Assembly: GCA_021613535.1 (NCBI GenBank)
Contig: CP075493.1
Location: forward strand, 17,794,001 to 17,858,000
Source of the DNA: Adineta vaga
Lineage: Eukaryota; Animalia; Rotifera
DNA: 64,000 nt
Direction of reading: 5' to 3'
Shown: piece by piece, positions 39,508 to 51,971 of the stretch
How positions within the stretch are numbered: the first letter of the stretch is position 1
Layout of the letters: every line of letters begins with the position of its first letter
The notes under the pieces: model-generated
What the model saw: the letters and a program-made list of their open reading frames with translations, nothing else
Database searches by the model: none
What the model was told of the DNA's origin: nothing
Made by a program: the position numbers and the translations under genes

Positions 39508-40372
39508 ATTTTCGTAGCAATGAATACAAGAACAATGAAATAGAAATACTTTTGTTGATGTAAATTCAATTTCAAATGATATGTATCGTGTTAATGAAAT
39601 TTGTTCCAAATACAAACGAATATTTATACGGTGTTTATCTACCCAACCAGACGAACTTAAATCAATCAGTAAAAAGAATGCATTATCATCAAGGAGTTCT
39701 TGATGATTAAACAAAATACACTTCAAAAATTCTCCTCCTATGCCTTATCAATTTATCAACATCAACCGTAAAATGTATCCCTTTGATGCACAGCGACAGA
39801 CATCAACGTTTCTTAAGACAAAAAAAATGAACACTATCAGATGGACACTTATCATACACATTGTATCTGTTCTACTATTGTTGAAACAGATTCGGTTATT
39901 GAAGAGTTAGATATCTACTCGAGAAATAAAAGAAAAAACCGAAAGATATATTGAAATCAACTACAGACACTCACAACAAACGAGTACTTAAAACAACCAT
40001 TAATCGATAAAATTAACTCGAAAAGTGCTTAATAACAAGTATCATATTTTTAAAGTCATATTTCTCTGAATTATGTTATTTCAATCAATGCGACATACTC
40101 GTCAATAAAGCATTATATTTAATAAAAACGAGACGTATACAATTTCAACTAATCAAATTTTCTATTCCATTCATCCCTATAATCAATAAACGAATATAAG
40201 TGCACATAATTTCTACATAGTCATCCAAAACTAGTAAATATAATTTTTTGATCAAAAAAATTAAATAGTTATAGTCATTTCTATTATCTGTTTTTTATTT
40301 CTTATATAATATCATATATGAAACTCTTAAATCTTCTGATATAACATCTTTTTTCCTAAGTTTTTCATTTTG

Positions 40373-41476
40373 AATAACAACAATTTTTATGTAAATTTTT
40401 CTTCATTTATAATTATTCTATATTTAACGATTCTTAAAATTATTTCTTTAAATTAAATTAAATTTTATCAAAATATACGTATTCTTTATTTTATTTCTTT
40501 AAAATTTCTTTTCTTTTTTTTATTCCTAAAAATCATATTTTACGATTATTAAAATTATTTTACCAAAATAAATTTTTTTCATTTAATTTTCATCAATAAA
40601 ATTGTCTTTCGTATTCAAAATCTATCAAAAATTTATTCTAATATTTTTTCTTAATACAATTCATAATTCTCCATCAAACAACAGTTTGACATTGACATTG
40701 TTCCAATTTATTTCATTTTATTCGCGCAAATGACTCGACCAATAGATTTTGTTTATTGAACTAGTCATCTTTTTATGTTCATTAAACTGATAGAGAGCGC
40801 TATCTACACATTTCTTAGAATAAATATTTTTCTACTGGTAAAATATTTCAACCAGTCAAAGAAATTTCTTTTGTGTCGTTAAAATAGAAAAAAATTCAAT
40901 TCATTTAAAAACAACAAATAAATTTTTTTATATTCGATAAATATGCCATCTGACATATTTTCATAGCTTATTGGTTAAAATAAATCAACCAATCATAATG
41001 TTTTTCTATGTTGCTATACTGTCAATATAGTAATTAATCTATTTTTTGGCAATAAAATGATCAAAATTCACGAACGAGGTGTGAGATCGATAGAGCTCAT
41101 CGAGTTACATCTGGAACCAATGTCATAGTTCTTGGAATAGGTCTCAAGGCGAATCCGCAAAGGCTTTTGTAGGATTTTAAGCAAATTTTAGCGGTTTTTA
41201 GGGTTTTTGAGTATTAAGGAAGCGATCTTTTGGAAATCTGATGATTGGAATCGATAGAGCTCATCGAGTTACATATGGAACCATTGTCATTATTCTTGGA
41301 ATGGGTCTCGGGGCGAATCGTCCACGGATTTACTCTGAATTCGACGTTTTTTTGCTGTTTTTTCGCAGTTTTTTGGGTTTTTGAGGGGTTAAGAAAGTGA
41401 GTTTTTGAAATATTTTTTTTGGAATCGATAGAGCTCATCAAGTTCTACTTGGAACCAGTGAGATCTCAGTTGGAAC
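40373..41476 (-). repeat. Right TIR of the foldback MULE (tip missing)
   Basis: Reverse complement of ~22645-24083 with three core copies (41086, 41250, 41424) instead of five. Ends at AGATCTCAGTTGGAAC, directly followed by a hAT TIR. Confidence 0.9.
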
Positions 41477-43380
41477 CAGGGCTGCCATTTTTTATTTTTG
41501 AAATGGGGTTTTCGAAAGTCTAAATGGGGTACATTTGGGGTACATTCTTTTTATAAATGGGGTACATCATTGGGGTACACCATTTCCATCTCGAACTGGA
41601 GGTTTTTATTAGAGAAACCGAACAAATTAAACATTTTCGCATAAAACAAGACAGTTTGTCAGTGTTTCTATTATTAGATTCGCTTTATTGTCCATTTTCT
41701 TTCAAAAAAAGCAGTATGCTAATTGACTTAGTTCATAAAGTAAACATCAAAAACAATATACCAGATAAAAAAGAGCACAATAAAATTTGATACATATTTC
41801 AAAAATAAATTAGCTGGAACTAGAACAAGGTTTTTTCGTATAGTTATATTTTTCGGCACGTCGAGCACATTTTAATAATTCAGGTTCATTCTGCACAAAT
41901 GAATAAAATTCATTACATTTCATCTTACAATTTAATCGAATTTGTAATTCAGCAGCAATAGTTTCAACTGACATTGAATTACGACTAGGTGTCCATGCAT
42001 GCTTCATATGATTAAATACACCTTCTGTGAAAGCATTGGAACAAGGAATAGAATAAATGAAAGAGATTAACTTCATAATTTCTTGACATTTTGTTGTTGT
42101 TTTTGATATCAAATAAGCCCAAAGTTGATCTGGTCGAATTGTAGATTGATGATTTTGTGTTGATGGTTTATGAACATATTCATCATTATCATCTTTTCCT
42201 CCAATTTCATCAAAATTACGACCACCAATACCAACATGCTTTTGTACTTGGACAAAGAGTGACTCACGATAAGAAGAAACTTCTTTATAGATTGATTGTA
42301 AATTCATCAATTCTTCAAATAACTTGTCATGATCGAGTTCAAGTTTAAGACTGATAACACATCGTTCGACTTGATCGAATGTAATTTGATCGATTTCAAC
42401 GATTCCTAGAACCAAAGAAATTATTATCTTCTCATGCTTCAATACGTTTAATTGCTAAAATTACCGAAGATAGATAATGTTTCTGCCAAGACAGAATGTT
42501 CTTCATAATATTTACTTATGTATTTAATAATATTTGACAAATAGTTTGTAAAGGAAGAAATCGTCTTTTCTTGTTCTTCTACTGACATCGAATTCAGTAG
42601 TATACGTGTACTTTGACCAAAATATTTTTGTTCAAGTCGATCATTTAGTTTTTTCAGTAAATTTGAAATAATTCCATGTAGATCAGCAATTGTAGTACCA
42701 TATCGTTGTAGCTCTAAGTTCTTCGTTTGAATATCGAACAAGACTTGATGTAAAAAATGTAAAGTACATTTCGACATCGTCGATGAGAAAAAAGTTCGAA
42801 TTATTGGTGGACAAGACGTATATGTATCTATATCTTCATCTTCATTATCATTATCATTATCAAAACCGAGGAAGTATGAAGACAGTGGTTCATACACTTT
42901 TAGCAATCGGTCAATTGAATTGTATAAACTAAGCCAACGAAGTTTTATATGTTGAAGTAAACGCTAAACAAACAGCACTTTTCAATTTATTAAAAATATA
43001 AATGACCGTACTCACTAAATAATCTTGTTCGACAAATTCAAAATATTCTTTTAGTTCAGCAACACGTTTGGATGATGAACTAAAATGATTATATAGTTGA
43101 GACAAATACGTTTCAACATCAACTGGTAAATATCGATGAGATGTTTTCACTGAATTGGATAAAACATGACAAAAACAATTCCCTACGAAACGAAATATAA
43201 ATCTATCAATTTTTAAAAAGTTATACTATTACCTTTGCATAAGTTCGAAACTTCACGTTGAATAATAGAAAAAACCGAATGATGTCGTCCATAATTTGTA
43301 TTCGTATTATCAGCACCAATAGAGGTTAATTTATCAATATCAAGACTATGTGTCTTTAGCACATTACGCAATGTATCAAC

Positions 43381-46300
43381 CAGAGCTGGGACGCAAGTAC
43401 ATGTACTCGTACTTTCTGTACTTTTCAAGTACAACGTAGAAATACTTGTACTTAGCTCAGAGTACTTGTACTTGTACTTATACTTTTGAGAGAATACTTG
43501 TACTTACAGGTATACTTGTACTTGAGCAAAGTACTTGTACTCGAATAGTTGAGTTCGCCTTAGGCATATACCGACCGTATGTATGAAGCGAGACCACACT
43601 TCCTACAAATTGCTATCCATTTTAAGTCGAATAAAATATCGACTTGACGATATATGAATTTACCCAATCTTAAGCCTATCTTTTGACTCGCCCCAAAGCC
43701 GCCTAGAGATATGTGAGATATTATCATGGATTTCTACCCTAACATGTCTATCAACCCGAGGTCGGACGTTATTCCAGTGGCACAGATCTTTGCCAGAATA
43801 TTGTCTGATAGTAGTATTTTCTTGATAATTCACCTCGGTCTTGTCGCTCCCTACAATGTACTCAATAACCTTTGAAGAGGTCTAAGCGGAAAAAAATAAA
43901 AATTCAACGGTGGAAGGTCCACTCATGTGTCTTTGACCTTTTCTGCCGATTTTAGAACTACGTATGGTCAAATATCGAGAGCTCAAATTTTAGAAACAAA
44001 AGAATTTCGTTATTTTCATCTTCTAGATTATAAATTATGCGTAAACAGAAATATACAACGGCAAAAAAAGAGTGATTGAAAAGGAACTACAAAAACATAT
44101 TTTACTGAATATACAGATAAACCACAAAAGAGAAGATTTGAAAACTATCTATAACAGGTTCTGATTAACTCGTAGAAACACTAATGACTGAAAGAGTTCA
44201 TCTCCCATCGATGTCCTTCTAGGTGACATGACGATTCCAGACTGACTAAAGGCACGTTCAATTGGAGCAGATGATGCTTGGACGGAAAAAACCTTTTTGA
44301 CAATATCTGCTAGTAAGGATGGGACACTAGTTTTCCATGATAAAAGGGAATTAATGCGAGACGTATCGTTAATATAGTTTGTCAATTTATCTGCTGGACT
44401 AGCTCCTGTATGTGATGAAACGGGTCCTTCATTATCATCATATTCAAATAACTTTCGTTTTTTAACGTTTATAGTGGACTGTCCTGAATTCTCATCGCCG
44501 CTCAAGAAAGAATGCTGTGATGATGATTGGCCTTTCTGTTGAGCACGATTCCGTTCACATTCATCTAGTACTAAATTTATCATTGCATGCTTTATTTTAG
44601 ATTCCATTGATGGAGTATAATCCATCAAGTACATCCAACGAAACTTGAATTTTGGGTCTAATAAGGTTGCAACAAAATATAACGGGTCATTGAACGGATC
44701 ACTATCAAGGACTGGTTGCAGAGATAGTCGCTTCACAATTCCAGCGAAACGAGTATTCATTGACTGTTCCAACTGACTTATCAACTTTTTGACACTTTGC
44801 CTTTCATTTGTTTCAAATGAGATATTATATGCACAACTGCAGGCACAACCATACCAACGGTAGCTGTAGTCTCAGATTGACAAACAGTAGTTATATCAGC
44901 AAAAGGCTCAAGCACATCAACAGCCTCCTCGAGTACGGTGAAATCTCTATTGTTAAAGCTAAGCGTGTCATCACCGATAGTATCAGTAATATCATCAACG
45001 GTTTTCTTTCCCAACCGAAGAATTGACTGAATAAGAAAATATTCAGAACTCCATCGTGTTTTATTTGATCGACTTATTCGTTTATCGACATCCTCCAAGA
45101 TATCAGCAACTTTTGATGACTTATGAGACTTTTTTGAAAGCTGTTTGCATTTCGACAAAGTTTTAGAGAGATATGGTATCTTGTTCAACCCATCTCGAAT
45201 TGCTAACTGTAGACTGTGTGCGAAGCAAGAGAGTCGCACGTTTGTCTCTTCAGCCCCATTTGATCCGTCAGCTTTGTCATCGATAGGATCAAGGAGTGTC
45301 CATTCCATTTCAGAATCAGATTCATCGATAATACCGTACTCTGAAGAGTTTTCGGAAGTATCACTAGTCTGAGACTGATTTTCTAGATCGCTCTCGTCAT
45401 TAACAGCCAGTCCGAATTTATATGCCTTAATCATATTTGGTGCATTGTCCGTGATTATTCGATAGATTTTTCTACTGATTCCCAGTTCCTCTAGAATATC
45501 TTTTGTGATATTTCGAATATTCTCAGCTGTATGTGGTCCTTTCAGTCGCACAAATTTCAATAAAACGGCATGTGATTTGAAATCAACATCGATAAAATGC
45601 CCAGTAATTCCTAAGAACGCTTTTGCTCTTCGGTCACACCAAATATCGATGGTAACTGAAAGATGATCGGTTTCATTGAGCATTGCGTCAACCTTTCCTT
45701 TAACAGACCCATACAAAGATGGAATCATCTGGGCCTTGATGTAACGTGCTGAACATGGTTTCCATTTATGCGCGACCACGTTCATGAATCTTCGAAAACC
45801 ACCCTGTTCAATCATGGACGGAGGCAAGTTACATTTCACTATTAAATTTGTGGCTATCGACTCATTAATCTTTGCATCGTAATCAGTACTTTTATATTCA
45901 ATATTCTCCTGTTCCTCATTATGTGAGCTAATAGGATCACGACTACGGCTTTGCATATATTCTTCCTTATGCCGTCGTTTCAGATGTTTATGAAAATTTC
46001 CAGTGGAACCAATTTTATCAGTATACTTGCGACTGCAGCGCTTACAATGCCCCATTACTTTACCCTCCTTCGGTGGGTCAAAATGATAAAACTGTTTCAG
46101 AAATTCCATAACACCGCAAGAAAATAAGTGAAATGCTTAATGCACACAAATACTTTGAATACTTATATTAAAGGTGTAACTGTTCACTACTATGATATGC
46201 AACTAAATGAAAACACAACGAGAAATCGACGGTATATATACTGTCCACCGTGGCAATCTGTGATTCGCCGATAGTAATACACCAATCAGAAGTAAGAAGA

Positions 46301-46847
46301 ACCAATCGAGTGCCTCATCTACATGTCAATTTCACTATGTCTAAAACAAAACGTTCAGAATCTTCCTCATGTGCGCATACAACTAGAACTGCTTAGTCCA
46401 AACCAGCCAAACTCTTTTAAAAAAATGAAGGCGTCCATCTTCGACTAAAAGGAGTAAGAAAATCCAGGCGAAGGTCGACGACACATGAGTGGTCTTTCTA
46501 GCTTTAAACTTTTATTTTTTTCTGCTTAGACTACTTCAAAGGTTATTGAGTACATCGTGGTGACCCACGTGGAAGGTCAAAAACACATCATGGACCTTCC
46601 ACCGTTGAATTTTTATTTTTTTCCGCTTAGACCTCTTCAAAGGTTATTGAGTAAATAATAGTCAGACAGAAGTGGAAGTACGGTTCGTCAAAGACAAGTA
46701 CAATTACTTGTACTTGTACTTGATGTACTTGTACTTGTCTTACCTGTGATACAAGTACAAGCGAGTACAAGTACAAGTACAAGTACATCGATACACGTAC
46801 AAGTACTTGTACGTGTACTTTGTGTACGTGTACTTATCCTACCTCTG
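43381..46847 (-). mobile_element. hAT element 2 (Ac-like)
   Basis: Imperfect TIRs: left CAGAGCTGGGACGCAAGTAC, right read as reverse complement CAGAGGTAGGATAAGTAC. Dense GTACTT/AAGTAC subterminal repeats. Flanks GTATCAAC / ATCCATAT do not form a TSD. Confidence 0.85.
44149..46109 (-). pseudogene. BED-finger hAT transposase 2, intronless, one frameshift near 44785
   Basis: BED CKRC...TGNFHKHLKRRH, then TIDIW, ITDNA, CFAHSL, TRWSS, LDPKFK, SSAPIERAFS. ORFs 44781..46109 and 44149..44784 overlap in different frames. Confidence 0.9.
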
Positions 46848-47630
46848 ATCCATATGACGATTAATTAAATAAAGACCACCATTAGCAATAGAGAAGTTTG
46901 AATTACATATGCAACAATGAGCAGAATGTTTATTATAAGGACATTCTTTGAGAAATGAAGTATATTGGCTATCTTTTAGCCATTTTGATTTGAAAGTACA
47001 ACGTCTTTTAGATGTTGATGAACGACCTTTTTTTTGTTTTGTACCACCAGGTGTTTTGATTTGAGAATCAGAAGATTTTTCACTTGTTGTTACTTCTGAA
47101 TCTGAAGATTCAGAACCTTCAACAGCTTCTAAATCAGAATTATTGTTCAAATCCATACGACGAAAAGAACGATCAAGAGAACCACAGAAAAGGTCACCTA
47201 AAACAAGATTAATTGATGAAACAATATCAGTCGATAGATATAATAAGCAAAAGTAATAAAATAATGAGATATTAAACGAGAAGAAATCGATTAAAGTTCA
47301 TTTCATTGTATGTTCGGCGAACAATGCTTTGGACTGAAAATTCTGTAGAACTGAATCTTTACAGAACGATATTAGGATGAATTCTAATATCCATTGGTCA
47401 ATTCTTTTCTTTTCTTTTTACTACAGTTTTTACTGTAGATGTCTTTATAAGATGACAGCATTTCAATAATAAATACAACGTATTTTCATTAGAAAATCAG
47501 TTAATTGTATTTCAAGCTAAAAATGACAAATGGGGTACAAATTTTGTACCCCTGGGGTACAAGATTTTCTGGGGTACAAATGTTAAAATGGGGTTTTGTA
47601 CCCCACAATGGGGTACATATGGCAGCCCTG

Positions 47631-48213
47631 GAGTAGGTCCTTCTTTTATTTTTGATTCATAATTTAATTTCATGATATCAAAATTATTTTTGTATTTATC
47701 TCGAGCATTATGCATTCGTAATGCATTTCTTATTCTTTCATTTTCTTTGAATTCTTCTTCTTCACGTTTGATTTTAAGTGATGTTAATCTTCTTTGATTT
47801 TCCTGAGCCTTAAATTCATCACTTAGTCGAGCAATTTTTAGAGCTTCTGCTCTTCGTTTATTCTCTTCTGTTTTGAATTCAATATCTTGACGTTCGATTT
47901 TAAGAGCTTCAGCTCTTCTCTTATTATCTTCTGTTTTGAATTCAATATCTTGACGTTCGATTTTAAGAGCTTCTGCTCGTCTCTTATTTTCTTCTGTTTT
48001 GAATTCAATATCTTGACGTTCGATTTTAAGAGCTTCTGCTCGTCTCTTATTTTCTTCTGTTTTGAATTCATCATTTTGTCGTGCAATTTGAAGTGATTCT
48101 GCTCGTTTTCTATTATCTGACGAGCGAAATTCATCATTAGTTCTTCTTTCTCTCATTCTTTTTGCCATATCAGTATTCTTCTGAGATATAGATCTCCTTT
48201 TTAGCTTAGGCAT
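47631..48213 (-). pseudogene. Helentron RepHel N-terminal portion with 20-aa (60-bp) tandem repeats
   Basis: MPKLKRRS..., repeats of ENKRRAEALKIERQDIEFKT, ending at YESKIKEGPT, which in RepHel proteins precedes the N-terminal Cys cluster. Cut by the hAT TIR at 47630. Confidence 0.75.
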
Positions 48214-49008
48214 TTTTTCGTACAGTTGGAAGTACTGCACCTAATAGGAATGATTTTTGGAACTATAGATTGCGAAATAAGATACGATTAGCTTATCTGT
48301 TAAATTTTTAAATGATCTAAATTTTTCAATTAGATTAAGCACGTATATGTTAAGTATAATTTGTACTTAACGAGAAACGTATGTATCTCTTAACTTTGTG
48401 AGATACACCTATAAATAAGAAAGTTTCTTTCGAGAAAAATCTTCGTTAAACTTAGTGAAGATTTACTCGATTCTAAGTAAGAAACTTTCGAAACTTGAAA
48501 CTTTGAATAGTCTTTTTTAAATCGTAAATAAATGAAGTGTTTTTTTTTGTTTTATTTAATTGTTTTACAAAAGTTGTTTTTACAAAATTTTTTTTAACAG
48601 TAAATGTTGTAATTTTTGTTCAATTGTATTGTATTAGAAGAATAAGTTAGATAAATGAAATCTACAAAGCACAACAAATTAATTTTCAAATGAGGTAGAT
48701 ATCGTATTGAAAAAGTTTATGTACAGGATCACTTAGTTCAATATATAAATTAGATAAACGATAAAGTTCAAAAACCACTAAGTGAATTTAAATAAATTGA
48801 GAATACTGAAAAAAATTTATTTTTTATCAAAAGTTTTATTTTTTTTTCTTATTTAATACAACAACAATAACAAATTTACAAAAAAATCTCATACAGGATA
48901 TTATTTCTATGAGTTTTTTTCTAGAAGAATATGTGTGGTAAATGAAAAGATCACCATATTGTTGTTGTTGTTGTTGTAGATGACATGATGAATATGGTTT
49001 CTTTCTTT

Positions 49009-50055
49009 TCATCTTCGTAATGCTTCTTTGAAGAGTTCAGTACTAAAATTAAAAAAAGTTTGTTTTACTTTTTTTCAGATAAAAAAGTATGTAAACATAC
49101 ATTGTTGATTTAAACACTTCTAGAGGAATTTGCTGTTGATGTTGTTCATGGACCTGGTTTACTTTCGGAATTTTTGGAAGTTGCGATATGTTTTTGATGT
49201 GTCTTTCAATTATTTTGATATTGGTCGCTTCTTCACCACGAGCAGCTATAAAACAAATATGTATTATATATCACAAAATTGAAATATATTTACTTACTCT
49301 TCATAATATCGAATTTGCAAGTGTCTTGCACAAAGAATTTCTTTGGACGAGTTTCGTTACTAAGTGAAGTCTGTCGTGCAAAAATATCCTTCGATTCCAT
49401 GAAATCTCTTCTAAATAATACACATGAAAGTGATTATAAAAGATAAGACTAGCTGATGCATACCTTTTAATAAACCCGTAGTTCTTGGATGTATTCACAA
49501 TGACAATCGTACCTCGAACATCCCTTTCTACAAAAGAATTTTTCATTATTTTTCAAGTTGAAATCAAAAAATATTACCCAGAAGAATTGTCCGATTATTA
49601 TTGTCATCAAGTGGTCGATTTCCACCACCACGACGATCAATTGGATCATTTCCACCACCACGTCGATCAGTTGGATCATTTCCACCACCACGTCGATCAG
49701 TTGGATCATTTCCACCACCACGTCGATTAGATGAATCATTTTCATCACCACGTCGATCAGTTGAATCATTTTCACCACCACCACGATCAGTTGAATCATT
49801 TTCATCACCACGATGAGGAGCTGGTTCAGTTCTATCAAAATGAACTGGATTAATTTCACCAGGATGAACTCGTTCATTTTCAATAGAATGAGTTGGTTCA
49901 GTTACAATTTGGATAACTGGTCCAGTTCCACGACGACGTAATGGGACAGTTGCACGACGACGACGGACTAGTCCTATTGCACGACGACGAATTGGTCCGG
50001 TTGTACGCGTACGAACTGGTTCATAAACCATTGATTCTTTATGTGCTTCTTCCAT
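49009..50055 (-). CDS. Five-exon Y-box-like cold-shock-domain protein with RGG-like repeats, inside the Helentron
   Basis: Spliced product: Arg-rich N-terminus, (DRRGGGNDPT)n, then VRGTIVIVNTSKNYGFIKRRDFMESKDIFARQTSL...DTCKFDIMKTARGEEATNIK. This aligns by eye with the Y-box CSD (GTVKWFN..GYGFI..DVFVHQTAI..VEFDVVEGEKGAEAANV). Four GT-AG introns keep the frame. Confidence 0.75.
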
Positions 50056-51719
50056 TATTTTTGTTAAAGTTTAATTTTATCTCAATCTAAAATATTAAGA
50101 CATGGTATTTAAAAAGATTTTCTTCTCTAATACAAGTTTCTTTGTTTATATTTATTTGAACTTCATAAGAATTAACAGAAAAAAAAGTAAATGATGTATC
50201 GATCATTAAACTCATATCGTTTTCGATAGTTTATTCTGTTTCCGAGTAAATAATAAGTAAAAAAAAGAAGATAAAAACAAAGATTTTAATGTAGATATTT
50301 TCACCTATATATTGAATAATACATTTAAAAATATTCTTTAATCTATTATGCAATTAAAAGAATCAATAAATCACAAGCCATGTATTTGTAAGTTATTTAT
50401 ATCTTTATTCTGAAAGAAATCGATTAAAGTTTTTGTACAAACACATCTTAACAGGCGTCGATATTTCTAATAGTTTATATTTTTCTTTTGTCAAAGAGAT
50501 ACTTTCATTCAAGATCAGAAGAAAGTATTCGAGTGTTTATATTCTATGATCCTTTTTGTTATTTTAAGCACTAATAGACTTCGAAACACCAATCCTTTTT
50601 TTTATTTTTATAAAGAAAGATAAATAAAACGATGAAAAATATCGAATGAAAACAAAATACATTCAATTGGTCGTACATCTCGACGAGAGAAAAGTGTCGA
50701 AAGAAATTTTCAATTCTTGTTTCGTTCTACATCAACACGAACTAAATCAGATACTGATTTTCGTTTGGTTTATATTAATATCTCTATTAAAATATATTTC
50801 TCATGTTTATTGATTTTACGTCAGTAACTATGATAATTCTTCTAATAGATTTTAAGTTAGACGATCACCATCACAACAAATAGACGATGATGGAAATTCA
50901 ATAATATCTTCCCTATATCTAAATTAATATATGAATAAACCATTCACGAACGATACCACCATTGAGTAATGAAACAATTTTTATTATTTGAAAATAGCAC
51001 CGCAAAATCTAATAAAGTTGATAACTGAAATATATTTGAACTAAATGCTATACATGACAATAATACTGATGAGTATATTGATTAAAATCATATTACTATT
51101 ACCGAACATAGACCATTTTGCCATGAAACATATCGAATTCTTCGTGCAGCATTTCAATTACCTGATCAAGACTAAAATAAGAAAACTTGAATATTGAATC
51201 ATCCCTATCCAGCAAAAAAATCGCGAAATACTAACTTTTTTCTATGTAAAAGTCTTTTTTATGTGTATAGATATCAACAGATTTGAAAATTAACCACCTA
51301 TTTCTATATATCCCGAATCATTAAAACGTTCACCTACAGTTCACAGGATGCGGGAAATAACAGAAACTCGATAGATTCAATTCACTGAAAACGAGCAAAC
51401 GTTGATTTTTCCGAAATATTCGAAGTATCATCTACAACGAGCAACTGCCAACACATCAAACATATATTAGTAGCTCATTACTTTTCTCCTTCCATATAAT
51501 ACAAATAAACTGCATATGATTTGTGTATACAAATTGTCCTTTCCTCGGCTGTCTATCTTTAAGAGGAATCTCGTTATATTAACTCCATTCATCAAGTTAC
51601 GAATAAACTCGAATATACAAAGCGTAAGAAGTCAGGACAACACCTATAGTAGAGCATATAAAGACCTCTAGGTACTCTGACTATACAGGATACGAGGATT
51701 CAAGAATATTGCCACTTAA

Positions 51720-51971
51720 TAGGACTTGAGGACCAAAGGGCACCCCCATTATATAGGACTTGAGGACTTATGGGTACCCCATCGTATAGGATTTGAGGAC
51801 CTATGGGTACCCTCATAGTATAAGACTTGAGGACCCAAGGGTACCCTCATAGTATGGGACTTGAGGACCCAAGGGTACCCTCATAGTATAGGACTTGAAG
51901 ACCCAAGGGTACCCTCATAGTATGGGACTTGAGGACCTATGGGTACCCTCATAGTATAGGACTTGAGGACC
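51720..51971. repeat. Minisatellite, ~33-34 bp unit, 7-8 copies, near the Helentron 5' end
   Basis: Unit TAGGACTTGAGGACCCAAGGGTACCCTCATAGTA, head-to-tail with no spacers, internal palindrome AGGGTACCCT. Confidence 0.9.

Larger units (their letters stand above)
22588..41476 (-). mobile_element. Foldback Mutator-like (MULE, FB-NOF-like) DNA transposon with long modular TIRs and cargo genes
   Basis: Near-identical inverted arms at 22588-24083 and 40373-41476; the right tip was lost at the hAT junction. Internal MULE transposase, small membrane protein and env-like gene are all on the minus strand. Inserted in the Helentron Rep ORF. Confidence 0.85.
41810..47156 (-). pseudogene. hAT transposase 1, spliced, interrupted and internally deleted
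   Basis: N-terminal Zn finger (46848-47156: FKSKWL...CCIC...INRHM). After the insert: GADNTNTNYG, CFCH, RWLSL, IPCSNAFTEGVFN (41810-43380, three introns). The segment with the first catalytic Asp is absent. Confidence 0.8.
41477..47630 (-). mobile_element. hAT element 1, disrupted by hAT element 2
   Basis: TIRs CAGGGCTGCCAT / ATGGCAGCCCTG and subterminal TGGGGTAC repeats at both ends. Flanks GTTGGAAC / GAGTAGGT do not form a TSD. Confidence 0.88.

Noticed and set aside
22588-41476. Polinton/Maverick or endogenous virus interpretation of the long-TIR element
   Set aside because: No protein-primed polymerase, retroviral-type integrase, packaging ATPase or capsid ORF is visible. The catalytic motifs are Mutator-like.
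47512-47630. C-terminus of ORF 47512..48240 (PGLPYVPHCGVQ...)
   Set aside because: Read-through from the Helentron Rep into the hAT1 terminus.
51720-51971. CRISPR-like array of ~34-bp repeats
   Set aside because: Units are head-to-tail with no unique spacers, there are no cas genes, and the context is eukaryotic. It is a minisatellite.
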